64,000 bases of DNA from a phage, in the sequence record PX104379.1; one strand, given 5' to 3'. The notes below the pieces were generated by a model, which searched no databases, had not been told where the DNA came from, and was given only the letters and a program-made list of their open reading frames with translations. The position numbers and the translations under genes were made by a program. Every line of letters begins with the position of its first letter. Position 1 is the stretch's first letter. Below, one piece after another: positions 10,985 through 21,121 of the stretch.

Positions 10985-12403
10985 TTATGGATAGGTATAG
11001 ATGATACCAGTTTCTAAAGCAGTTTTATGAATGATGTATCCATTACGTGATTCTTGAACATCAACTTCTGGATAGTCTTTCATCATCTTCTGGAGAGTGT
11101 AACGATGCAAGTAGTACTTACTATCTGGATCGTCAGTTTTCCAATCTTTACCTTCTTCGGTCATTTTTTGGATTTCATCCATAACCCACCAACCACACCA
11201 GATGTAAGCTGAAGTACGATGTGGAAGAGGATGAACATAAGGTAATTCACCTTCTGGCTCTGGAGCAACTTTATCAGTTACCTGAACTTGACCTTCCGCC
11301 GTAATAGTTTTGCTATCATAATCAGCAGCAGTAACAGTTGCAGTAACTTCAATAGTTTGACTTCCAATAGATGAGGTATCAACGGTATATACATTAGTTG
11401 ACCCTTCTACAGGAGAAGAGTCTTTCTTCCATGAATAAGTAATTTGCGCTTCTTCTGGAGCATCAGTGACATTAGCAGTAAATGTAGCCGAAGCATCTTG
11501 CTGAACATTAATAGAAGGAGGAGTCAATGTAACCTGTGGATTCATTGTCTTCTTATTAACCGTTAATGATACTTCATTAGAAGTAACTTCCTTTGCATCA
11601 TAATCTGCCGCGGTTACTTGGGCTACGCATTTAATTCTTTTTACTCCACTTGTAGTTGGAGTATAGTTAAATGTAGAGTTAGTTTCTCCACCAACTTGTG
11701 AATCATCTACATACCACTGATACGTAGCAGACGCTCCAACTGGTTGAGAAGCTAAGGCAGCAGTAAATTGAACTGGGGTTCCAATTACTCCAGCTGAAGG
11801 ACTATCGGGAGTTACTGCCAAAGTAGTTGTCTGTGTCTTTTTATTAACAGTCAATGACACTTCATTAGAAGTAACGCTTAGTGCATCATAATCTGTCGCG
11901 GTTACTTGAGCCACACACTTAATTCTTTTTACCCCGCTTTCGGCAGGAGTGTAATTGAACGTAGCGTTAGTTGCTTCGCCCACAGGAGAATCATCTACAT
12001 ACCATTGATAAGTAGCGTTTGCGCCCGATGGCTGCGAAGCTAAAGCGGCAGTAAATTCAATAGCTGTTCCGATTACTCCAGCGTCAGGGCTATTAGGAGT
12101 TACAGCTAAGGTAGTCGTTTGTGTCTTATTTTGAACTGTGATAGTTGTTGTCGCTTCAGCCGTTTCCGGGCCTCCTTCAGAAAGTGTATTTGTTGCAACT
12201 ACTTTAATAGTCTTTTGACCGGCAGGTCCTTTTAGTACATAACTAAAAGTTGCTTCAGCTCCATCTTGTGGAGCATCATCTACAGTCCAAGCATAGGTAA
12301 TAGTTCCGCCTCCAGTTTCACCACTGGGTGTAGCAGTAAACTGCTGAGTCTGATCTATAACTCCAGTAGGTGTTTTAGGAGTTATATCAACTGTAAAAGC
12401 CAT
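10985..12403 (-). CDS. hoc: Hoc, highly immunogenic outer capsid protein, four Ig-like domains plus capsid-binding C-terminus
   Basis: 472 aa; N-terminus and C-terminus (..YIWCGWWVMDEIQKMTEEGKDWK..) match T4 Hoc as recalled; internal tandem domain duplication. Confidence 0.9.
   Translation of the reverse strand: MAFTVDITPKTPTGVIDQTQQFTATPSGETGGGTITYAWTVDDAPQDGAEATFSYVLKGPAGQKTIKVVATNTLSEGGPETAEATTTITVQNKTQTTTLAVTPNSPDAGVIGTAIEFTAALASQPSGANATYQWYVDDSPVGEATNATFNYTPAESGVKRIKCVAQVTATDYDALSVTSNEVSLTVNKKTQTTTLAVTPDSPSAGVIGTPVQFTAALASQPVGASATYQWYVDDSQVGGETNSTFNYTPTTSGVKRIKCVAQVTAADYDAKEVTSNEVSLTVNKKTMNPQVTLTPPSINVQQDASATFTANVTDAPEEAQITYSWKKDSSPVEGSTNVYTVDTSSIGSQTIEVTATVTAADYDSKTITAEGQVQVTDKVAPEPEGELPYVHPLPHRTSAYIWCGWWVMDEIQKMTEEGKDWKTDDPDSKYYLHRYTLQKMMKDYPEVDVQESRNGYIIHKTALETGIIYTYP
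11549..12124 (-). repeat. Tandem duplication of a 288-bp Ig-domain coding unit inside hoc
   Basis: Two adjacent 96-aa units (TQTTTLAVTP...SLTVNKK) nearly identical at protein level; DNA units visibly similar. Confidence 0.8.
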
Positions 12404-12412
12404 AAGTTATCC

Positions 12413-13093
12413 TTATTTTAATGTTACGAAAGAAGAGTTGCGTGTTTCACGAATTAAAACTGATCCGTCACGGTTAATGTAATAAATTAAGCTAAATAAA
12501 GTTTGGTGTGCTGACGCATGTTCAAAACTAGTTGGGTGAGATTTCCAATCAGGAGTTTCAGCAATCCATTGATAAATCCACCAAGGAACAGTGCAGAATC
12601 CTGGATTTTTTCCAATCAGCTGAAGATTCGGACTAAAGTTTTCCGGAAGAGTAAATACAGACGGCTTTTCAGATTCAATAATCTCAGCTACAGCCTGTTC
12701 AAATTTTTCTTCAACAAAAGGAGTATCTTCAATCAAAACATCGGTATTTTCAGGAATTTTATCCGTTTCTACTACTTCAATTTTAATGTCAGATTTAACC
12801 GGAGAATCAATCAAAAGTGCTGCTTCTGGATTGACTTCTTCATCGTCATATTTTAATCCCTCTGCAGCATCAGCAGCATCAATTAAGTCTTTAATAGATA
12901 ACCCATCAGTCTCTGGCATAGGTTCACTAGCGAGCTTCTGGAGGGCTTCTTCAATATCAACAACGATATTATCAAAAGATTTATTCTTTTTGACCTTTAT
13001 ACCAAACTGTTCAGCATATTCAGCTAATTTAGCTTTAGCTTCTTTGTTATCATCAAGAGCCTTCAGCTCTGCAATATAATCTTTATCTATCAT
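12413..13093 (-). CDS. inh: Inh, inhibitor of prohead protease
   Basis: 226-aa ORF immediately upstream of hoc on same strand; positional match. Confidence 0.75.
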   Translation of the reverse strand: MIDKDYIAELKALDDNKEAKAKLAEYAEQFGIKVKKNKSFDNIVVDIEEALQKLASEPMPETDGLSIKDLIDAADAAEGLKYDDEEVNPEAALLIDSPVKSDIKIEVVETDKIPENTDVLIEDTPFVEEKFEQAVAEIIESEKPSVFTLPENFSPNLQLIGKNPGFCTVPWWIYQWIAETPDWKSHPTSFEHASAHQTLFSLIYYINRDGSVLIRETRNSSFVTLK

Positions 13094-13106
13094 AATATTT
13101 CCTCAG

Positions 13107-13114
13107 TATAAATA
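13107..13114 (+). promoter_or_regulatory. T4-type late promoter TATAAATA upstream of uvsW
   Basis: Exact TATAAATA about 30 bp before uvsW ATG. Confidence 0.55.
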
Positions 13115-13143
13115 TAGATATATTTATTACATGGTATTTAGAC

Positions 13144-14655
13144 ATGACTGACATTAAAGTACATTTTTATGATTTTAGTCACGTGAGAATTGACTGTGAA
13201 GAAAGTACATTTCATGAACTCCGTGATTTCTTTAGCTTTGAAGCTGATGGGTATCGTTTTAATCCGAAATACAAATATGGCCACTGGGATGGACGAATCC
13301 GTCTTTTAGATTATAATCGTCTTCTTCCATTCGGCTTAGTCGGGCAAATTAAAAAGTTCTGTGATAACTTTGGCTATAAAGCCTGGATTGACCCGCAAAT
13401 TAACGAAAAAGAAGAATTATCAAGAAAAGATTTTGATGAATGGCTTTCTAAATTAGAAATCTATTCAGGAAATAAAAGAATTGAACCACACTGGTATCAA
13501 AAAGATGCAGTGTTCGAAGGATTAGTTAATCGTCGTAGAATTCTTAATCTTCCAACATCCGCTGGTAAATCGTTAATTCAAGCTTTGCTTGCGCGATATT
13601 ATTTGGAAAATTATGAAGGTAAAATTCTTATCATTGTTCCAACAACTGCTCTGACAACTCAGATGGCTGATGACTTCGTCGACTATCGTCTATTCAGTCA
13701 TGCAATGATAAAGAAAATTGGTGGCGGAGCATCAAAAGATGATAAATATAAAAATGATGCACCAGTCGTTGTTGGTACATGGCAAACTGTAGTAAAACAA
13801 CCGAAAGAATGGTTCTCACAGTTTGGAATGATGATGAATGATGAATGCCATCTTGCTACAGGAAAAAGTATTTCATCTATCATATCAGGTTTAAATAACT
13901 GCATGTTCAAATTCGGTTTGTCTGGTTCATTACGTGATGGCAAAGCCAATATCATGCAGTATGTTGGAATGTTTGGTGAAATATTTAAGCCAGTAACGAC
14001 TTCTAAATTAATGGAAGATGGGCAAGTAACTGAGCTAAAAATTAATAGTATTTTTCTTCGCTATCCCGATGAGTTCACTACTAAATTAAAGGGAAAAACT
14101 TACCAAGAAGAAATAAAAATTATTACTGGGCTCAGTAAAAGAAATAAATGGATCGCTAAATTAGCTATTAAGCTTGCGCAAAAAGATGAAAACGCTTTTG
14201 TCATGTTTAAACATGTATCACATGGTAAAGCTATTTTCGATTTAATTAAAAATGAATACGATAAAGTTTATTACGTATCAGGGGAAGTTGATACCGAAAC
14301 CCGCAATGTAATGAAAACTTTAGCTGAAAACGGTAAAGGAATAATTATAGTAGCTAGTTATGGTGTATTTTCTACTGGTATTTCAGTTAAAAATCTGCAT
14401 CACGTTGTTTTAGCGCACGGTGTTAAATCAAAAATCATTGTATTACAAACAATCGGTCGTGTATTACGTAAGCATGGTTCTAAAACAATCGCAACAGTCT
14501 GGGACCTCATAGATGATTGTGGTGTTAAGCCAAAATCTGCTAATACGAAAAAGAAATATGTTCATTTGAACTATCTTTTAAAACACGGTATTGATCGTAT
14601 TCAGCGCTACGCAGATGAAAAATTTAATTACGTAATGAAAACAGTTAATTTATAA
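13144..14655 (+). CDS. uvsW: UvsW helicase (SF2, recombination/repair)
   Basis: 503 aa; Walker A-like PTSAGKS and DECH box (MMMNDECHLA) visible. Confidence 0.95.
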   Translation: MTDIKVHFYDFSHVRIDCEESTFHELRDFFSFEADGYRFNPKYKYGHWDGRIRLLDYNRLLPFGLVGQIKKFCDNFGYKAWIDPQINEKEELSRKDFDEWLSKLEIYSGNKRIEPHWYQKDAVFEGLVNRRRILNLPTSAGKSLIQALLARYYLENYEGKILIIVPTTALTTQMADDFVDYRLFSHAMIKKIGGGASKDDKYKNDAPVVVGTWQTVVKQPKEWFSQFGMMMNDECHLATGKSISSIISGLNNCMFKFGLSGSLRDGKANIMQYVGMFGEIFKPVTTSKLMEDGQVTELKINSIFLRYPDEFTTKLKGKTYQEEIKIITGLSKRNKWIAKLAIKLAQKDENAFVMFKHVSHGKAIFDLIKNEYDKVYYVSGEVDTETRNVMKTLAENGKGIIIVASYGVFSTGISVKNLHHVVLAHGVKSKIIVLQTIGRVLRKHGSKTIATVWDLIDDCGVKPKSANTKKKYVHLNYLLKHGIDRIQRYADEKFNYVMKTVNL

Positions 14656-14670
14656 GGGCTTCGGCCCTTT
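14656..14670 (+). terminator. Hairpin between uvsW and uvsW.1
   Basis: GGGC-TTCG-GCCC followed by TTT. Confidence 0.45.
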
Positions 14671-14680
14671 GGAGAAAAAG

Positions 14681-14911
14681 ATGTTACTAGAATTTAAACA
14701 ATTTCTTTATGAAGCTTCTATTGATGAATTTATGGGTAAAATTGCCTCTTGTCAAACATTAGAAGGTTTAGAAGAACTTGAAGCTTATTACAAGAAAAGA
14801 GTCAAAGAAACTGAATTAAAAGATACTGATGACATCTCAGTTAGAGATGCTTTGGCAGGAAAAAGAGCTGAATTAGAAGATTCAGACGATGAAGTAGAAG
14901 AAAGCTTTTAA
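14681..14911 (+). CDS. uvsW.1: UvsW.1 small helicase-associated protein
   Basis: ATG at 14681 after GGAG; track ORF starts at upstream TTG 14669; 76 aa as in T4. Confidence 0.7.
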   Translation: MLLEFKQFLYEASIDEFMGKIASCQTLEGLEELEAYYKKRVKETELKDTDDISVRDALAGKRAELEDSDDEVEESF

Positions 14912-14966
14912 ATTAAAAAAGGCCCAACCAAAAAGGAAGGGCCAAAACTATAGACTAAAGGTCACA

Positions 14967-15134
14967 CTATAGCAAAAGTTGTGTTTCATTTAATTGTTCT
15001 TCCGAACTTTCTGAAACTGGTAGTTCTTTAATGTAATTATAGCAAGGCCCAGGATGTACAGGACCTTTGTCTGTTTCAACAACCAATGCAGAATCGATTG
15101 GAGTTTTACAGACAACACAAATCTTATCTGACAT
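14967..15134 (-). CDS. Small Cys-containing protein, 55 aa (position of T4 uvsY.-2)
   Basis: Hand translation MSDKICVVCKTPIDSALVVETDKGPVHPGPCYNYIKELPVSESSEEQLNETQLLL; below track size cut-off. Confidence 0.45.
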   Translation of the reverse strand: MSDKICVVCKTPIDSALVVETDKGPVHPGPCYNYIKELPVSESSEEQLNETQLLL

Positions 15135-15162
15135 GATTGTCTCCTCTGAATTATATATCTAT

Positions 15163-15387
15163 TTATACAACTCTCATATGCATATCAATGCCCATATCTT
15201 TAGAATAAAAATATTCATCAAGATATCCGGCAAATTTTCCTTTAATATAAAGGACATCTTCACCACACGGGTGGTCGGCCAGGATACGAATATCCTGACG
15301 CTTAAGATTATGCTTTTTCATTAAGAATTGAATTTCCGTTTCAAATTCTTCTTCATAATTAAAAGCATCATCAATGCTATATCTCAT
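15163..15387 (-). CDS. Hypothetical protein (position of T4 uvsY.-1)
   Basis: 74-aa ORF abutting uvsY stop on same strand. Confidence 0.6.
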   Translation of the reverse strand: MRYSIDDAFNYEEEFETEIQFLMKKHNLKRQDIRILADHPCGEDVLYIKGKFAGYLDEYFYSKDMGIDMHMRVV

Positions 15388-15800
15388 TATTTTCCAGCCT
15401 CAAATGCCCGCATGTCTTGAATATGCTTAATAGCAAATCCGCGTGATTTAATAGCATCAAGAGCTCCGCTACAGAAATCCAATAAAATCCCCCAATACTG
15501 TAACGAGGTATCAACCTTTAAAACATCCTTATCAGCTGATAGAACTGTCTTCATTTCTGATTTCTCGTAACGATCCATACTAAATTCATCACCATCTCCT
15601 CGTCCCGAGTAGTAGTCTAATTTAGCTTTAAGAGCAACTTTTTTCTGTGCATCAATTCTAAGCATTTCCTTTTTAATACTTGAATGCTTATTAAGCCATT
15701 TACTATATAACATCACATTATTAGCTGCTTCATACTGTAATTTAGTCGAATCTATAAACACATCTTTCTTCAATTCTTCTTGAAGATCTTCTAATCTCAT
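15387..15800 (-). CDS. uvsY: UvsY recombination mediator
   Basis: 137 aa, matches T4 UvsY length and sequence as recalled. Confidence 0.9.
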   Translation of the reverse strand: MRLEDLQEELKKDVFIDSTKLQYEAANNVMLYSKWLNKHSSIKKEMLRIDAQKKVALKAKLDYYSGRGDGDEFSMDRYEKSEMKTVLSADKDVLKVDTSLQYWGILLDFCSGALDAIKSRGFAIKHIQDMRAFEAGK

Positions 15801-15866
15801 ATTGTTCTCTATTCAATTGTTATTGGATGGACTTAGATTCATTATACCACGTTTATACGTGAAGCA

Positions 15867-16265
15867 TTATACTCTATTACTGGAAGCCAGTTGTAGTTTT
15901 ATCTGCTCAATGTCATCAGGGTTATCAATGACCGAAAAGCGTATTTCTACTATCAGAGTATAATCATCATAAACTGGTATAACATTAACTGCTAATTTAT
16001 CAATACGTGGCTCATAGTTTCTTACTGCGCTTTCGATATTACGCTCAACCGTGTCAGCAGTAAGAGGAGTCATATTCTCAAAAAGTTGGTCAGATAAATC
16101 ACATCCAAATTCAGGGTCAAACGGTCTTGAACCTTTTCTTGTTGTAATAATTCCTAAAAGACTATTTTTAATTGACCTTAATCCAAGTGATCTTGAAACG
16201 TCTTTGTTCCAATCCATTTTCATCTCTGGGTCAATATCAGAATAAAGCTTATTAATATTTGCCAT
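15867..16265 (-). CDS. 25: Baseplate wedge protein gp25
   Basis: 132 aa, position before gp26/gp51 divergent promoter. Confidence 0.9.
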   Translation of the reverse strand: MANINKLYSDIDPEMKMDWNKDVSRSLGLRSIKNSLLGIITTRKGSRPFDPEFGCDLSDQLFENMTPLTADTVERNIESAVRNYEPRIDKLAVNVIPVYDDYTLIVEIRFSVIDNPDDIEQIKLQLASSNRV

Positions 16266-16891
16266 TACAATAGCTCAAAGAATTCTTTGAGTCCTCTTAT
16301 TACATGAGCGTGAGTTTTTCCACACTCTGGACACTTAATTGGAACAGCCAAATAAACGGTAGGCTTTAAAAGCATATCTTTTATAGCTACAATATCTGAC
16401 TCTGTGATGATAGAATATAAATCTTCCAGTTCTTTTTCATTTAAGTCTTCAACTGGAATGCTTTCCCCGTTAGCATGAATCGTTTCTATACATGATACTA
16501 TCATGTGGGCTATATTTTTATCATCAAAAATTTTAGGGTAATGGAATTTAATTTTAATGTCACCCAGTGTATACCAGAGGTCTTCTGGTGCATCTATTTG
16601 TGTATGTAATAGATTTATATGGGTTGGTATTTCAGTTCCACAGGTGCACTTCCAGGAATTTTCGTGATTAACTTCACCAAGAGAATGTGCCCATAAATGA
16701 ATCAACAATAGTTCTGATTCTTGGCGGTTTAAATCTTTTGCATTTGTGCAGTCTTTGATTAGCTTTTTAACAATTACTTCTACGGAACCATTATTTTTGG
16801 CAGTAATAAGTTCTAGATATTCTTTAAGCGTGAATGCGCGACAATTGATTATTTTAGAACCAACTCTCACATCAAATTTATATTCATACAT
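16265..16891 (-). CDS. 26: Baseplate hub assembly protein gp26
   Basis: 208 aa, Cys-rich C-terminus; positional match. Confidence 0.85.
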   Translation of the reverse strand: MYEYKFDVRVGSKIINCRAFTLKEYLELITAKNNGSVEVIVKKLIKDCTNAKDLNRQESELLLIHLWAHSLGEVNHENSWKCTCGTEIPTHINLLHTQIDAPEDLWYTLGDIKIKFHYPKIFDDKNIAHMIVSCIETIHANGESIPVEDLNEKELEDLYSIITESDIVAIKDMLLKPTVYLAVPIKCPECGKTHAHVIRGLKEFFELL

Positions 16892-16912
16892 ATTTAGCTC
16901 CTTTATTTATCA

Positions 16913-16920
16913 TATTTATA
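16913..16920 (-). promoter_or_regulatory. T4-type late promoter for gene 26 (overlapping the gene 51 promoter)
   Basis: TATTTATA on plus strand = TATAAATA on minus strand. Confidence 0.5.
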
Positions 16921-16924
16921 AATA
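16917..16924 (+). promoter_or_regulatory. T4-type late promoter for gene 51
   Basis: Exact TATAAATA in divergent 26/51 intergenic region. Confidence 0.6.
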
Positions 16925-16941
16925 GAATAAAAGGAGCATCT

Positions 16942-17691
16942 ATGGCAAACATTATTCGTTGTAAATTACCAGATGGTGTTCATCGTTTTAAACCATTTAC
17001 GGTAGAAGATTATCGAGATTTTTTGTTAGTTCGAAACGATATAGAACATCGGTCACCACAAGAACAAAAAGAAGTAATTGCTGATTTAATTGCTGATTAT
17101 TTTGGAGACTATCCAAAGACTTGGCAACCATTTATATTTTTGCAGGTATTTGTAGGTTCAATAGGTAAAACTAAAGTACCAGTCACATTCATATGTCCAA
17201 AATGTAAAAAAGAAAAGACAGTTCCATTTGAAATATATCAAAAAGAATTAAAGGAACCTGTTTTTGATGTAGCTAATGTTAAAATTAAATTAAAGTTTCC
17301 TTCTGAGTTTTATGAAAATAAAGCAAAGATGATTACTGAAAATATTCATTCTGTTCAAGTAGATGAAATATGGTATGATTGGAAGGAAATTAGCGAGTCC
17401 AGTCAAATAGAACTTGTTGACGCCATCGAGATAGAAACATTAGAAAAAATTCTCGATGCAATGAATCCTATTAATTTAACATTGCACATGTCGTGTTGTG
17501 ATAAGTACATTAAAAAATACACTGATATAGTAGATGTGTTTAAGCTATTAGTTAACCCAGATGAGATATTTACTTTTTATCAAATTAATCACACACTCGT
17601 AAAAAGTAATTATAGCTTAAATTCAATAATGAAAATGATTCCTGCTGAGCGCGGATTCGTATTAAAACTGATTGAGAAGGATAAACAATAA
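16942..17691 (+). CDS. 51: Baseplate hub assembly catalyst gp51
   Basis: 249 aa, divergent from gene 26, late promoter upstream. Confidence 0.85.
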   Translation: MANIIRCKLPDGVHRFKPFTVEDYRDFLLVRNDIEHRSPQEQKEVIADLIADYFGDYPKTWQPFIFLQVFVGSIGKTKVPVTFICPKCKKEKTVPFEIYQKELKEPVFDVANVKIKLKFPSEFYENKAKMITENIHSVQVDEIWYDWKEISESSQIELVDAIEIETLEKILDAMNPINLTLHMSCCDKYIKKYTDIVDVFKLLVNPDEIFTFYQINHTLVKSNYSLNSIMKMIPAERGFVLKLIEKDKQ

Positions 17692-18866
17692 TGAGTATGT
17701 TGCAACGCCCCGGATATCCAAATCTCAGCGTTAAATTATTTGATAGCTACGACGCTTGGAGTAATAATAGATTTGTTGAATTAGCTGCTACTATTACTAC
17801 ATTAACTATGCGGGATTCTCTTTATGGCCGAAATGAAGGAATGCTGCAGTTTTATGATTCTAAAAACATCCATACAAAAATGGATGGAAATGAAATAATT
17901 CAGATTTCTGTAGCTAATGCAAACGATATTAATAATGTTAAAACACGAATTTATGGATGCAAGCATTTTTCCGTGTCAGTAGATTCAAAAGGCGATAACA
18001 TCATTGCTATTGAATTGGGAACTATTCATTCTATAGAAAATCTTAAATTTGGTAGACCATTTTTCCCTGATGCAGGTGAATCTATAAAAGAAATGCTTGG
18101 TGTCATTTATCAAGATCGCACATTATTAACTCCAGCAATAAATGCTATAAATGCTTATGTTCCTGATATTCCATGGACTAGCACATTTGAAAACTATTTG
18201 TCATATGTAAGAGAAGTTGCTCTAGCTGTAGGAAGCGACAAATTTGTATTTGTATGGCAAGACATCATGGGAGTTAACATGATGGACTATGATATGATGA
18301 TAAATCAAGAACCATATCCAATGATTGTCGGTGAGCCATCTTTAATAGGTCAATTTGTCCAAGAATTAAAATATCCATTAGCATATGATTTCGTTTGGTT
18401 GACTAAATCGAATCCTCACAAACGTGACCCAATGAAAAATGCTACTATCTATGCTCATTCATTTTTAGATTCTTCATTGCCAATGATTACTACGGGAAAG
18501 GGCGAAAACTCTATTGTAGTGTCAAGGTCAGGTGCTTATTCTGAAATGACTTATAGGAATGGATATGAAGAAGCTATTCGTCTTCAAACTATGGCACAAT
18601 ATGACGGCTATGCTAAATGTTCTACTGTCGGTAATTTTAACTTGACTCCTGGTGTTAAAATTATTTTTAATGATAGTAAAAACCAATTTAAAACAGAATT
18701 TTACGTTGATGAAGTTATCCATGAATTATCAAATAATAATTCAGTAACTCATCTATATATGTTCACTAATGCAACGAAACTGGAAACAATAGACCCAGTT
18801 AAGGTTAAAAATGAATTTAAATCTGATACTACCACTGAAGAAAGTAGTTCTTCCAATAAGCAATAA
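17691..18866 (+). CDS. 27: Baseplate hub protein gp27
   Basis: 391 aa, position and size match. Confidence 0.9.
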   Translation: MSMLQRPGYPNLSVKLFDSYDAWSNNRFVELAATITTLTMRDSLYGRNEGMLQFYDSKNIHTKMDGNEIIQISVANANDINNVKTRIYGCKHFSVSVDSKGDNIIAIELGTIHSIENLKFGRPFFPDAGESIKEMLGVIYQDRTLLTPAINAINAYVPDIPWTSTFENYLSYVREVALAVGSDKFVFVWQDIMGVNMMDYDMMINQEPYPMIVGEPSLIGQFVQELKYPLAYDFVWLTKSNPHKRDPMKNATIYAHSFLDSSLPMITTGKGENSIVVSRSGAYSEMTYRNGYEEAIRLQTMAQYDGYAKCSTVGNFNLTPGVKIIFNDSKNQFKTEFYVDEVIHELSNNNSVTHLYMFTNATKLETIDPVKVKNEFKSDTTTEESSSSNKQ

Positions 18867-19344
18867 AGAAGTTTCTATTCCTAAAATGGGTCTTAAACAT
18901 TATAACATTTTAAAAGATGTTAAAGGTCCTGATGAAAATTTAAAACTTCTTATTGATTCTATTTGTCCGAATTTATCACCGGCAGAAGTTGATTTCGTTT
19001 CTATTCATTTATTGGAATTTAATGGAAAGATTAAATCTCGTAAAGAAATAGATGGCTATACTTATGACATTAATGATGTCTATGTATGCCAAAGATTAGA
19101 ATTTCAATACCAAGGAAATACATTTTATTTTAGACCTCCTGGAAAATTTGAACAATTTTTAACGGTGAGCGATATGTTATCTAAATGCTTGCTTAAGGTC
19201 AACGATGAAGTTAAAGAAATTAATTTTCTTGAGATGCCAGCATTCGTTTTAAAATGGGCAAATGATATTTTTACAACTTTAGCAATTCCTGGCCCTAATG
19301 GTCCAATAACTGGAATTGGCAATATTATTGGATTATTTGAATGA
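18811..19344 (+). CDS. 28: Baseplate hub distal protein gp28
   Basis: 177 aa, overlaps gp27 end in different frame as in T4. Confidence 0.8.
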   Translation: MNLNLILPLKKVVLPISNKEVSIPKMGLKHYNILKDVKGPDENLKLLIDSICPNLSPAEVDFVSIHLLEFNGKIKSRKEIDGYTYDINDVYVCQRLEFQYQGNTFYFRPPGKFEQFLTVSDMLSKCLLKVNDEVKEINFLEMPAFVLKWANDIFTTLAIPGPNGPITGIGNIIGLFE

Positions 19345-21113
19345 AAAAGCCACAAGAAATGCAAACGATGCGTAGAAAAGTTATTTCAGATAATAAACCA
19401 ACACAGGAAGCGGCTAAATCCGCTTCCAACACTTTATCTGGACTTAATGATATATCTACGAAATTGGATGATGCTCAAGCTGCTTCTGAATTAATAGCTC
19501 AAACTGTCGAAGAAAAATCGAATGAAATAGTTGGAGCAATTGGTAACGTAGAAAGCGCAGTGAGTGATACTACTGCCGGTTCTGAGTTAATTGCCGAGAC
19601 TGTTGAAATTGGCAATAATATCAATAAAGAAATAGGCGAATCACTCGGAAGTAAATTAGATAAATTAACAAGTTTACTAGAGCAAAAAATTCAGACAGCT
19701 GGAATTCAACAGACTGGAACTAGTTTAGCCACAGTTGAAAGCGCTATTCCTGTTAAAGTCGTTGAGGATGATACTGCTGAATCTGTGGGTCCTTTATTAC
19801 CGGCCCCTGAAGCAGTTAATAATGATCCTGACGCTGATTTTTTCCCTACCCCTCTGCCAGTTGAACCCAAACAAGAATCGCCAGAAGAAAAACAGAAAAA
19901 AGAAGCATTTAACTTAAAATTATCTCAAGCTTTAGATAAATTAACGAAGACTGTTGATTTCGGATTTAAAAAATCCATTTCAATTACTGATAAAATATCA
20001 AGCATGTTATTTAAGTACACCATCAGTGCTGCTATTGAAGCTGCTAAAATGACTGCAATGATATTGGCTGTTGTTGTTGGAATAGACCTGTTGATGGTTC
20101 ATTTTAAATACTGGTCAGATAAATTTTCAAAAGCCTGGGATTTATTTAATACTGACTTTACTAAATTCTCTAGCGAAACCGGAACATGGGGTCCTTTATT
20201 ACAGAGCATCTTTGATTCTATTGATAAAATTAAACAACTTTGGGAAGCGGGAGATTGGGGTGGATTGACAGCAGCTATTGTTGAAGGACTCGGAAGTGTT
20301 CTTTTTAATTTAGGTGAACTTATTCAATTAGGTATGGCTAAATTATCTGCAGCAATTCTTCGAGTCATTCCTGGTATGAAGGATACTGCTGATGAAGTAG
20401 AAGGAAGAGCATTAGAAAATTTCCAAAATTCTACTGGAGCATCTCTCAATAAAGAAGACCAGGAAAAAGTTGCAAATTATCAAGATAAACGAATGAACGG
20501 AGACCTTGGTCCGATAGCAAAAGGATTAGATAAAATTGCTAATTGGAAAACTCGTGCATCTAATTGGATTCGTGGGGTTGATAATAAAGAAGCACTAACT
20601 ACCGACGAAGAACGTGCAGCAGAAGAAGAAAAATTAAAGCAACTTTCACCTGAAGAAAGAAAAAATGCTTTAATGAAGGCTAATGAAGCCCGTGCCGCAA
20701 TGATTCGCTTTGAAAAATATGCTGATTCAGCTGATATGAGTAAAGACTCAACGGTTAAATCTGTTGAATCTGCCTATGAAGACCTTAAAAAACGGATGGA
20801 TGACCCGGATTTAAATAATTCACCGGCAGTTAAAAAAGAACTTGCTGCTAGATTTTCTAAAATTGATGCTACTTATCAAGAGCTCAAGAAAAATCAGCCT
20901 AATGCCAAACCTGAAACTTCTGCTAAATCGCCAGAAGCAAAACAAGTCCAGGTAATAGAAAAGAACAAAGCACAGCAAGCTCCTGTTCAACAAGCATCTC
21001 CTTCAATCAACAATACTAATAATGTTATTAAGAAAAATACTGTCGTTCATAATATGACACCTGTCACAAGCACAACTGCTCCTGGTGTATTTGATGCGAC
21101 TGGGGTTAATTAA
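19341..21113 (+). CDS. 29: Tail tape measure / baseplate hub protein gp29
   Basis: 590 aa with central hydrophobic segment; position and size match. Confidence 0.9.
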   Translation: MKKPQEMQTMRRKVISDNKPTQEAAKSASNTLSGLNDISTKLDDAQAASELIAQTVEEKSNEIVGAIGNVESAVSDTTAGSELIAETVEIGNNINKEIGESLGSKLDKLTSLLEQKIQTAGIQQTGTSLATVESAIPVKVVEDDTAESVGPLLPAPEAVNNDPDADFFPTPLPVEPKQESPEEKQKKEAFNLKLSQALDKLTKTVDFGFKKSISITDKISSMLFKYTISAAIEAAKMTAMILAVVVGIDLLMVHFKYWSDKFSKAWDLFNTDFTKFSSETGTWGPLLQSIFDSIDKIKQLWEAGDWGGLTAAIVEGLGSVLFNLGELIQLGMAKLSAAILRVIPGMKDTADEVEGRALENFQNSTGASLNKEDQEKVANYQDKRMNGDLGPIAKGLDKIANWKTRASNWIRGVDNKEALTTDEERAAEEEKLKQLSPEERKNALMKANEARAAMIRFEKYADSADMSKDSTVKSVESAYEDLKKRMDDPDLNNSPAVKKELAARFSKIDATYQELKKNQPNAKPETSAKSPEAKQVQVIEKNKAQQAPVQQASPSINNTNNVIKKNTVVHNMTPVTSTTAPGVFDATGVN

Positions 21114-21121
21114 GGAATAAT

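Noticed and set aside
15067-15324. 85-aa plus-strand ORF in the uvsY region
   Set aside because: Antisense to the better-supported minus-strand ORFs (uvsY.-1 position and the 55-aa micro-ORF); low-complexity translation; no ribosome-binding site
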